From: Bugula neritina
Lineage: Eukaryota; Animalia; Bryozoa
DNA length: 64,000 bases
Direction of reading: 5' to 3'
NCBI GenBank assembly: GCA_964035545.1
Contig: OZ037768.1
Location: 15,855,875 to 15,919,874, forward strand
Positions 53,305-64,000 of this stretch are shown piece by piece. The position numbers and the translations under genes are program-made. Position 1 is the stretch's first letter. Each line of letters begins with the position of its first letter. The notes under the pieces are model-generated. The model was not told the DNA's origin. It saw only the letters and a program-made list of their open reading frames with translations, and ran no database searches.

Positions 53305-54697
53305 GTCTATGCTGAGACAACTACTATACAGCAGGTTAGGTAATTATCAATACATGAAAGCAGTATAATGATTTATACAGGAACCATGCCAAGGTGTAAT
53401 GCCAGCTGTTCACCATTAAACTGGTTTATCCATCACCCTACCCCTTCTTATCATTGCCGGAAGGGGTAGTTGGACTTTATTAATTTTATTTAGCTGATAG
53501 CTGATGAGACTTATTTCTATGTACATACTTGTTAGTGTGCAAGATATTGCTAGTGGTCAAGAAGATGATAGCAAGTGCTTGATTTAAGTTCCACCAGTGG
53601 TATTAGTAGGAAAGTGTGAATATGACTGTCATGTGTTTTTCTTATATGCTTATATGACTTGGAAGGCAATTGTTAAGTTCACCCCCCCCCCCCCTCCGGT
53701 GATGAATTATTTCAACTACATTCTTAGGCCATCTAAAACTCTATAAGTTTATTTTCAACAATCCCCAAGAATTATTGCTTTTGCTCCATATAAATTAATT
53801 ATTATTACCCATCTACTCTACAGCTTGGGTTGTGTGGGTCATTAAAACCAGGTTAAAACTAACTTAGATTTATAATTTTACTCTGTCCCAATGTGAGATA
53901 TATATAAGTTAAAGTGATAAGGCTTGAATCTTAAAAACATTTGAAAACATAGCATTGAAATTATGAGGTATAGTAGCTACAGCTGCTTTGTCATAATATT
54001 GTCATGAGTTCACAAAACTAGTTTTTTCTAAAAAAAATAAGAGATTGAACATGTCATAAAGGATTTTTTATAAAATTAAAAGAATAGGCTGAATTTATGA
54101 GTATTTTCATGCAATAAGTTGGGCATTATAGAACGTCATAACCCTATTTGTTTGAAAGTTCTCTAAATATATGAAAAGAAAACAAAATGTGTGTTCTGAG
54201 CTAAAAATGGTTGGGAGTCTAACAATCTTCAGCAAGCAAGCTGCTCCATAAAACTCTGCCAATACTCAATCTATACATAATAATACGTTGTGTGAAGTGA
54301 AGTCTTTATCTCTAAATTCTGATAAAGCAAATATTTGAACAGTTTTACTCAGTATCTTCCTAGCTCTTGAAGCTAGTAACAAACCTTTTGACGCTTTGTT
54401 TCCTCAATGTGCAGTAAGTTCTTTGCATGCAGTAGGAGTGTTTTCACTAGCTTGACATACAAGCAGATACGGCTCTCGAAGTCTAATTTAGCTGACATGA
54501 AGAGATGAAATTAGATGAAAGTATATAGTTTGTGAAAGGTTCGTAATTTGTTTTCACCACTCTTTCGCTAGTTAAGTAAAAAAAACATCTCAAAAGCTGA
54601 AAATAAAAGTTTGAAGAATACAAACTGCTATAGTGTTAACCAAACAATCTGTGAAATATTATTGACTAGAAAGATTAAAGATATTCTAATTCAAGTG

Positions 54698-55564
54698 TTC
54701 TCAGAATAACTTGACTCATGAAGATCAAATTAAGTTGAACCAGTCTTGCAATTTCATAATCTCATTTTGGTGTGCAGGGCTACTATCCCATTAGACTTTA
54801 CTTTAATACATGCTTCTTTATGGGACATATTATTACCATCCCATATAACAGTTTACCGTCAATTAACCTAAAATTTACACCAAATTATTATTAGCTATTC
54901 TTGTTTGATAAAGCTACCATTTAATGAGAATGTTAATGTAAATAAAAAATAAACTTAAACCTATATTGGAAAATTTTATTAATTTTATTATTCTTAGCCA
55001 AGATTTTTTTGAAAAGGTGCATGTTATATAAAATTATTTAAGTCTATTTCTCCTGGGTAATGACATAAATATTATTACAAATTGCTGTTCTTAGAAGAGA
55101 TTCGGTGTAGCAGCTGTCTGCTATCTTCCAGCACTGTGTTTACCAATTGCTCTTCTCTATACAGTGTTTTCTTACACTGACGTTAAAGTCACCCATAGCT
55201 TTAACTTTATGGTCTAAAGGTGTGATTTGGGGAAATATATGGGAGCTTAAAATATCTCATCTTCTTTTTATTACAAGATGTACTTGGAGTGGGTATACAT
55301 TGCACGCACATTGAACAGAGTGACATGTTGCTATATTTCTAGAGATACTGAAGCTATTTGGTAGATATTTTAACTTGAATATAATAATTCCTTCAATAAT
55401 AAGCTCTATACCTGCTAACTTTCAGTCTGTAAAAGCTTTTCCTTAGTGATGGTGATAAACATATTTATCTTAAATCATTCACTTTATAAAACATTTTAGA
55501 ACAGTGTTTTAAAAAGTTATACAGGCACTATCAAAGTCACTGATTAAACAATTTTTTCTAAGAA
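54698..55564. promoter_or_regulatory. Cluster of three STAT/GAS consensus sites (TTCTNAGAA)
   Basis: TTCTCAGAA 54698-54706, TTCTTAGAA 55088-55096 and TTCTAAGAA 55556-55564, upstream of the cytokine receptor ATG. Confidence 0.35.
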
Positions 55565-57159
55565 TGGTTTAGAAAATCTATCAGTTAGATTGCATAATAC
55601 TTTGTCACAACCATCTCCCATAGATGCTCACAGCACCACCCTTTTTCTTGAATCTGGCTTTACTAAGCTGTGATAATGACATACACTATATTTGTCATTG
55701 TTTAGGCTGGCAGTATTTCCTGGATCTTTGAAAATTTCAGTTGATCTCTTTGAGATCTTTTTTTTAGCTGACAGTTCTTTCTCATCCAGAACCAGTCTTT
55801 CAACACTTTGCAGCTTGTTTCAACAAAGTGACCCAAACTGTTGAACTTAGGGTCAGTCTAAAAAACCAAAGTGTTGCCCCAACCACCACCTAAAAGAAAG
55901 TGGTAGCCTTTTTTATAAAAATTAGTACTGCTATGTCAAAGTCACTAGGTTGGTTTAATTACTGAAATATATCAGCAGATGGGTGAAAAAAAATTGGCCA
56001 AAACAAATAGCAGTTTAAATAAATCCTAGAGAAACAACCCTATAGAGGAGGGATGTCGCAAACCAGGCTGTGTCACTCCATTGTCCTGTCAAGTCATGTA
56101 GAATCAGCACATAAAGCATGCGCTGAATCCCTCTGAGTATTTATAATAGCGTGTTGCTGCTTTCACAATTCTTAATGTATGCTGGAGTGACTCCATTAGC
56201 ATAGATGGTGTATTTGAGGTTAACATCACAGCATTGACAACTTGCAGTTAGACTAAGCATCTCCCTTTCACAAATGATGATTAATTCTCCAAAATAACTT
56301 TATATAGTAAACTTTTCATTGACTGGCAAGGTTAAGAGACACCAAAGAAGTTGCTTAAAAACACCTGGTGTAAATAATTACCTGCTGCTTTTGCTGCCAG
56401 GCTGACAGCAATTCCCAATCAAAGTGTCAGCTGTCATGATAAAGATAGCAGAGTCCACTTACCTCAGCTAAAAATAAACCATGATGGAAAATTCAGCTCC
56501 TAAATAACATGCTGTTGCATAATATAGTTAATGTGACGGTTTGGCAGTTACAACCAACACACCACCATATGCAGATATGCAGGCTAATAATGTGTAGCCA
56601 TTTCTGACTTTCTAAGACCAAAATCTTGTCATGATTACAATCTAAAGTGTAGAATAGTAACACCTACAAAATGTCTTACTTTACTAACTTACATTTAGGT
56701 TGAAAAATATATATTTGGGGGACATAAATGCAAGTGAGCAATAAAATAAATCACTTGTTTTATTAGTAAGTTTTAAATGCTGTCATATTCTTCTGGTCAC
56801 TATGAAAGTGCATCATTTATAAAGAAATATTTATCTTTTAAAATGAATTATAGCTTACACATGTCATTGTTTTTAAAACGAAAATATCAATATAGTGTAT
56901 CTTTTACAAGCTTTGTACTGACGTTATATTCTATTGTCAGATGTTTTACATAATTAAGTACATGACATGAGATTTTTGAGATATTTGGCTATAAAATGGC
57001 CTTTTACAGAAAAATTATTTTAAAAATTGCCATTACTTCTGAAACTTATGAAAAGGTTTAAACTTGTATGGAAGTTCCTTGTAATATATGAATATATAAT
57101 TGAACAGGTGAAGTAGGCGTGTTAGTAATTATTTCTCTTTTTGTTTATTATTTAGAACC

Positions 57160-60100
57160 ATGAAGTTGCTACAAGTCACACTGGCTTTACATTTCCTGAT
57201 AGCCTCTGTATTGGCCCTACAGAATATAGGAACAACAACTGCCACTCCTATAATGAGAGACTCAGTTGAATGCACTCATCCCATTGGCCGCTTTTCTAAT
57301 CTCTCCGAAAATATTTTAGCTGATCCCCATGTTTTAGGCAGTAAGTGTTTATATTCATGCTTTGCTTCGATCTTCTGTTTATAAAAATACTTGTTGCTTA
57401 GATGTTTAATAGGCAAATTTATAACCAATTATGTGATATCATGTTGCTTTTGGTTGATCAATAGTTTTAATTTAAAAACCAAATCTAAGCTTATGCTGCA
57501 TTGGCCTAGCTTGTCAACATGCAATATAGTGATTAATCAATCGTCGTTGTAAACTCTCAAGTTGATGTTCATGAAAAGATAACTTCTAAATTAAAAGCTG
57601 CATAAAGAGCATCTTTCAGAGAGGGTGATGAAACAAATTTTCAACTAGAATAGCATGCAAGTACAACTATTTATTTATCATGAATTAATACAACAAATGT
57701 GATGTAGTGTTATCTGTTTGCAGTGCTGTCTATAGTGGGATATCCTTGTCAAATGCAAGAGAAGTTAACAGAAATGATGGCTGATAAACAAGCCATCTTT
57801 TTGTTTCCTGTCTATTCAAAAATAAAGTTTCTTTGCTCAAGTTTACCAAAAGCCAAATGTAATAGCATGGAGTGAGTATATATTTTATAGCTTTTATCCT
57901 GCTTAGCTGTAGCAGCATAAATTGATTATAATGTCATATTTAAAGAGCAACTATAATAATTACATGTTTCAAACATTAAGATTACAGTTTTTGAACATTA
58001 AGTAATAGAGAGTGATTATGTGATGATTTGTTTCAGATAGTGTTCAAATCTGTCTAATGCTTGCTTGTACTGACACATTTTAAAATGCATTTTTAGCATT
58101 CTGTCAAGAGTGGATATTGACATAAACAAGAGTATAGAAGTTATCAACTCCAACCAATCCATATTGACTGTAGAGTTCCTGAGCCCAACTAATGCCAACA
58201 ACTTCTACTACATTGGATGTGAATGTAAAACAGTAGAGAATACCAGCAGAACTATTGGGGAATTCCGATCATTTAAAGTTTCATGTAAGACATACTACAC
58301 TTATACATTGTGCTGTCTTATTTTGATGCAAAAGTTATCTCCATCTCCATTATCAGGCATATTGTGTAATTGTGCATTTAGTTTACAAGTAGCATAATAT
58401 ATACAATATTGTTATAGTTTGCGGTCTATGCAGCCAATTCACATTTATCCATAATAGCTCAAAGAAGGTAATCAATCTAAAGGTTGATGCAAATGAAAAT
58501 GCTTGAATATTTTGTGCCTCTAAATCTAATATGGAATTTAAGTATCTGAAGATCAATTTTATCAAGTCAGACTCAGCAAGTAAATTAAACCTGACTGAAA
58601 AAGTTCAATAGGCAACTACAATCTATTTATTTGAGTTTCAAATCTATATACTGTAGTGGAAAGGTAAGCAAACTGTATTTACATCGAGTGGAGTGTACTG
58701 TACTATTTGTACATCTCTGTTAACATTTCTTTATACTCACCAAACATTTTGGATCTGTAGACTTAAAACATGTGACTTGCTCTAAAAAAAGACTGCAAAT
58801 TTACGATTTTAGATAAAAATGGCACAGGTAACAATGGCATGGTAATATGGCACAGGTAATAAAGGCACAAATGAATAGTAGGTAAAATGGCACACTGATG
58901 TTAAATTTTTTTCAAGCCCCAAACCCTTACTAAAAACCCCAATATTGAAAATGTGTCATTTTTATCTAGTTTTCTATTTGTGCCATTATTACTTGTGCCC
59001 GTATTACTTGTGCAATTTTTACCTTGCCACTTTTATCCGGGGGCCCTTTTTACCCGACACTATATTATATAGTTCACACTGTAAATACAGGGTAATTACA
59101 TAGGTTGCTGTGGTGTGCAGACTATGTTTCATACTATTAGGTAGATGCACATATGTTAGAAAAGAATACAATTCCCAACCTTCTATATCTAATAAATTAC
59201 AGACAAACCACCACCAGTCTCTGGCTTTCAATGCATAGTAAAAGACTTTGAGAATGCCGTATGCACTTGGGACCTGCAGACAGACTATGGGTCTGAATAC
59301 ACAGTATGTTTTGGACTAGTGTAAGTATTTAGACTTGTATGGTAATACTGTCAACTGTATAGATTAATTGCATCTAAACACTTAATGCAACAGTGATGTG
59401 GTTGCAGGTCATTTAATAGAAGTAGTTGGGAAGTGTTGACTTGTAATACTACATTTAATAATAGGAAGAGGTAACAATGGCATGAACTTATTAGTTTCAA
59501 CTGCCATTCACCAAGCTTCCATATGCATGGCTTTGTTTATTAGAGTAATATTAGTTTTATTCAGTGTTCATCTACTCATAGATTATTACTGAAAATAAAT
59601 CAAGTTTATCTTCATTCAAAATAATTTTCAATATATGAAACATTATATGAAACCAAAATATAGTAAATAGGAGTTTACACATTTCTTATCGTTTATAAAG
59701 TATATGTAATTGAAAATATTGTTTGATATTTTAATTTGCTAAAATTTTACACTTTTCAACACTAAACTAGTTGTTAGCAAAAATTTCAATCATCTAATAT
59801 CTAAAATTCGTCTATTACAACCAACCTAACAAAATATTAATATAAAAATTTACACAAATATAATAAAAATAATAAATAGTTATATAATACTACAATCTCT
59901 TTCAAATCTAATGAAACGGTTTTTCAGATACAAAGCAAGAAAGATATTATACTTTTTCGTCACTCTTTATTTATTCTTAATTTGTGGTACCAACCAAACG
60001 GAGCTATGCTTTTTAAACCTCCCTTACCAACTTTAGCAGGTAGAAATGTATGACCTTGTTTACCATATGCTACACATATACTGAAGATTAGTCAAACTAA

Positions 60101-63100
60101 ATTTGTATTATTTGATGGTTTAGAAATAGAATTTATTTCTTTCTGTCTACTGCATGACTGCTTTACATTTATGTGTTGCACTGTTCGTCATAAATTACTC
60201 TTTTTGTTTCTTTTCTCATGGTGAAAGAAACGATTGGATGCGAAAACGTATTAAAGAGAGGTGAGAGAGTTAATGCAGTGGCTGTACACACTATATAATT
60301 CTGGAGTGGGCAAAACATAGCATTTAAGCTGGATTATACACTGCAAACATTGCTAAGATGGTTTACCAAAGCTATGGTTTTCTCAGTCCATTACCATTAC
60401 AACAAAATTAACCACGACTGTTGAAAGTCGCCTTTTCTGCCCACTCTTGACTTGTATGGTTGCAGTCTTAATTTGGCTCTAACTCCGCCGTTGTATAACT
60501 AAGTTTTTCAATCGGGCTAACTTTTTAGCCCGATTGAAAAACTTAGTTATACAACAATTGGATAACGAAGGAAAGGATCCTTGCATTATAATAATCTATT
60601 GTCTCATTGATTTATTAGAAAGAGACCAGCCAGGTATGAAATTTATAAGAAATCTGAAACTCTAGTGAAACTGGTTTTATGTGGTGTCTAAAAATATATT
60701 TGTCTATCTTTCGGCTATATGGTTGTTTGTAATATCCGTGTGTATTAGCAGTTTGCATGGCATGTTTATGTATGAACACTGAAGTAAGTGTTGCAACTGT
60801 CTTTGTACATTTACAGTTATGTCCCACCTGATCAAACCAGGTAAAGTTTTTGTTAGGAGCATCATTATTTTATGCATGATGTTAACTTTGCTGGAACATT
60901 TTAAATGGAATACCTACTAATCATTTCAATGTCATTAACATGATCATAAGGTGAATCTCCCTCTTTCACTCATGTTATACACTGAAGCATAACATTTAAA
61001 ATCATCATTATCTTTTTTATTGCTATGAAGCTTCATAAACTGCTTTATCGGAGACTGTTCTTCAAACAGCTTCGTAAACTAAACCAACTTTTGCTCACTA
61101 TAATATTTTAGTTGTGGGTGGCGAGGATGTGCTGTGTTCCAATGTGACATAATGGGTGAAGGTATTTGCAAAATAGATGGGTATGCCCTCAGCAATATTG
61201 TAGAGCAAGTTGAATACTACGCAATCCAAGCAGATAATGACTATGGGCACTCTCAGGCCAAGCTAACAAATGGTTTTGGTATAGCATTACAATAATCTAG
61301 CAATGCAAAGTGCCTACCCACCCTGTAACCTGTGGCCTGTATTATATACCTTCACCTTAGATGATAAGCTTGCATAGCTTTGCATGTTACCATTGGATAG
61401 CTTTGTCTATAAAAACCAGTCATTGCATGCTTTTCTCATCTCATTAATTGTCTCCCCTTATTTAACTAATTGCATAGTAACCAAATACTCAACAATAATT
61501 GATTATGATAACAGGCTTTTTACACTATTTTGCGTAGAGGAACTTTATAAATAAAAATGCAAAATTTTCTTATAAAAACACATGAAAATATGATGCGTCA
61601 TCTGTGACAATAAAAATGCAAATAAAATAATAATTCCTGTTTTAAACATGTTGGCATGTGTCAGCAAGAAAGATCCACTGGCTCACTTAAAGTTTAATGT
61701 CTTTGGTGACTACACTCACTACTCTCTGAAATGATATTACACACACCACTCTCTTCAAGTCTCAACCGTAACTCAACTGCAGGAGCAAACCAACTATTCT
61801 TAAGTTTATACAATGTGAATTTGAAATGAAGATACAAAAGGACACAAAGATACAAACTAATATAACAGTAAACATTTTCATGTCACGCACCAAAAATCAT
61901 TCTCAGCCAACTGAAAAAACTTAAAAGATTATCCAATTATGTTTTTAGCTGCGTTAGCTAGTTTGCACCAGCAGTTATAGAGACTCATCCTTAGTCATAT
62001 ACCCAAATAATATTTTCTTATACATTTTGTTGTCTTGCAAAACTCAAACTGCCGGCAAAGCAAAACTTTTTTGTAATTTCAAAACTTAATTATACAAACC
62101 AAAATATTAGCCATAAAAATTTACTGCCAGTTTTTGCAAGGAGCTCTTCTTGTATTTACATATATAACACATGCTACAAATAAATGGGAAAACCAATTTT
62201 TGATTGTGCCCAGCCAATGCCTACCTTTCATTTATACATTAACTATTACCTATTTGATAAAGATAGCATTTCTTATATATCAGCTGTTAATATTTGTTTA
62301 GCTTTAGAAACTGCAGCACTAGTGTGATTAATAACACTTTTGTGCTGGAAAAGCGAAGCAATTTGTTGCTTGATGAACTTTATCGGATGGAGATTATAAG
62401 CAGAAATATGTATGGGGAAACAACCACAATCTTTAATTATACAATAACTGCAGGTAACTGTATGTCATTACAATATATAAATTAGTTGTTGTACTGTCTA
62501 CGCCGAAGCTCTAGGGCCATGGGCTAATAATTTGAAACTTACTTTTATTCCTAACATATAAGACAGTCTCCCAAAAATAAAACAGCTGCTTGTCAGCTAC
62601 AGTTTCATAGAAAAACAAATTATGAATATTTAATTTCTAATGATTTACTGCCTTGTAAGAAAGCAGCTTAGTATCTTCTAAACATATCTCCTTCACAAAG
62701 CTTATTTAGAAACTGAAACAAAAAAGAAACATATCTATAGATAGATCTTAATTTTTAATAGAGTAAACTTGTACATTCCAGTCTTATTATCATAATGAAC
62801 TCAAAATGTTAGACATATGGCAAGGCTTGTACCTATAGAACTCCCATATTCTTTAGTAGAAACAGTAGTCTCCCCAATTCTTTTTCCCAATGAGTGAAGT
62901 ACATTTGCTTACAACATGTGAACAGTAATGTAGCATGCTGTGACTTTGAGTTATTGTCATTCACCTAGCACCACCTCCCACACCAGCACACTTTGCTAAT
63001 ATTGAACATTATAGGTGACAGTGTACAGTGAAGAATCTTAATCAGATAGGAGTTTTAATCTTGTTTTCAATAGTTTCTAATATACTTTTGACATTAGGAA

Positions 63101-63725
63101 ACAATTTAGTTGGCCATTCCTCTTGAAGTTTACTTTTTATAATTCAAGAAACTTTAATAAAAGTTGGTTTAGCTTGTTAATTCATTTGAAATTGCTAAAT
63201 TGCTATCAGGGTAGAAAATTCAAAGTTGCTAATACTCTATTAAAAGTTACAATTAATAACACTATGAATAAATTCTTTTTCCTGAATTACTGTAATATAT
63301 ATTTCTTGGGATATCGGGTGATATCTATCAAAACACATTCTACCAACCTATCTGAAGTGAAAGCAAGTGCTACCAAATTTGTTGTATACTAAAATAGGTT
63401 TCAAGCATATGATTGAATAATCTTTTCACAAACCATTTGTAACAAGATGTGCATTTTTCAACATTTTACAATTATTACAACTTTTATCCTCTTATAAATA
63501 AACCTTGGTTATTAATATACATTACCAAAACATTTTTGGATTTTAGTGAAATTGTCTCCTCCTAAAATAAACCTGCCGGAAACACTTAGCAGTACAGAGA
63601 TGGAGTTTACTTGGGAGACAGATTGCAAGTCAATATCTCTGTATAAAACGTACTGCTACTGGTACGGGCTACTCTATCAGCTTACCTTAACCGTGGACGA
63701 GGAGGCAACTCCTGACTTTGAAAAC
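57160..63725 (+). CDS. Class I cytokine receptor, gp130/Domeless-like, 5' part (signal peptide, Ig-like region, cytokine-binding FN3 modules); continues beyond the window
   Basis: Exons 57160-57340 (signal peptide MKLLQVTLALHFLIASVLA), 57724-57871, 58097-58284, 59203-59320 (YKPPPVSGFQCIVKDFENAVCTWD, the C-x9-CxW motif as in gp130 NLSCIVNEGKKMRCEWD), 61112-61278 (IQADNDYG, compare VEAENALG), 62302-62453, 63547-63725 (VKLSPPKI...EFTW). Connectivity after 59320 is ambiguous. Confidence 0.78.
58804..59060. mobile_element. Foldback-type MITE, same family as 52561-52782, opposite orientation
   Basis: GGTAAAAATGGCACA-type repeats at the left end and their reverse complements (TGTGCCATTATTAC) at the right; shared central AATATTGAAAAT segment. 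Confidence 0.75.
60301..60449. mobile_element. Possible short hAT-type MITE
   Basis: Imperfect TIRs CTGGAGTGGGCA / TGCCCACTCTTG; no clear TSD. Confidence 0.35.
60490..60555. repeat. Perfect 31-bp inverted repeat with 4-nt spacer
   Basis: GTTGTATAACTAAGTTTTTCAATCGGGCTAA-CTTT-TTAGCCCGATTGAAAAACTTAGTTATACAAC. Confidence 0.92.
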
Positions 63726-64000
63726 GTATGCCATCCAAATTATATTCATGAACATAGTTATAATCGCACCACTTTAGTATTGGCTATATTCTAATCATGT
63801 GCAAATATTTATGTTTATGGATACTAATTAATATAGTGCAGCATTCCTAGACTTTATTGTACTTGCCTTTTAAAATAGAATCATATATTGGTTGAGCTAT
63901 GCAAGCATGGCATAAAGTGTCTCCATGCTACGCTCAGGAAGCCAGGCTTGATCACACTAATTAATTAGTAACCTAAACTCATGGACAATATAAAATGGCA

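Noticed and set aside
55600-56600. Higher-GC, coding-looking stretch upstream of the receptor
   Set aside because: No sustained frame or known motif on either strand.
62969-63210. Phase-compatible exon pair 62969-63014 (PPPTPAHFANIEHY) and 63098-63210
   Set aside because: The second piece has the F/L/K/N-rich composition of AT-rich non-coding DNA and no clear FN3 motif; left out of the model pending RNA evidence.

Overview
AT-rich, intron-rich animal (invertebrate-looking) genomic DNA. Left 12 kb: two unrelated Ty3/Gypsy LTR retrotransposons back to back. Element A (1367-5750, minus) has identical 353-bp LTRs, a 4-bp TSD and a tRNA-Leu PBS. It keeps intact gag, a -1 frameshift signal and protease, lacks RT, RNase H and the integrase core yet stays in frame, and has a disrupted extra 3' ORF (Zn-finger-like plus coiled coil). 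Element B (7766-12077, plus) is a decayed Mag-like element with 122-bp LTRs, interrupted by a Harbinger-type MITE. Centre: a complete IQGAP gene (36 coding exons, about 1750 aa, 18437-44324) with a probable alternative first coding exon at 15864. Right end: the 5' part of a gp130/Domeless-like class I cytokine receptor (from 57160, running off the window), with an apparently duplicated cytokine-binding module and a cluster of STAT-type sites upstream. Scattered tRNA-derived SINEs, hAT and foldback-type MITEs and microsatellites. All calls were read by eye; no database searches were run.
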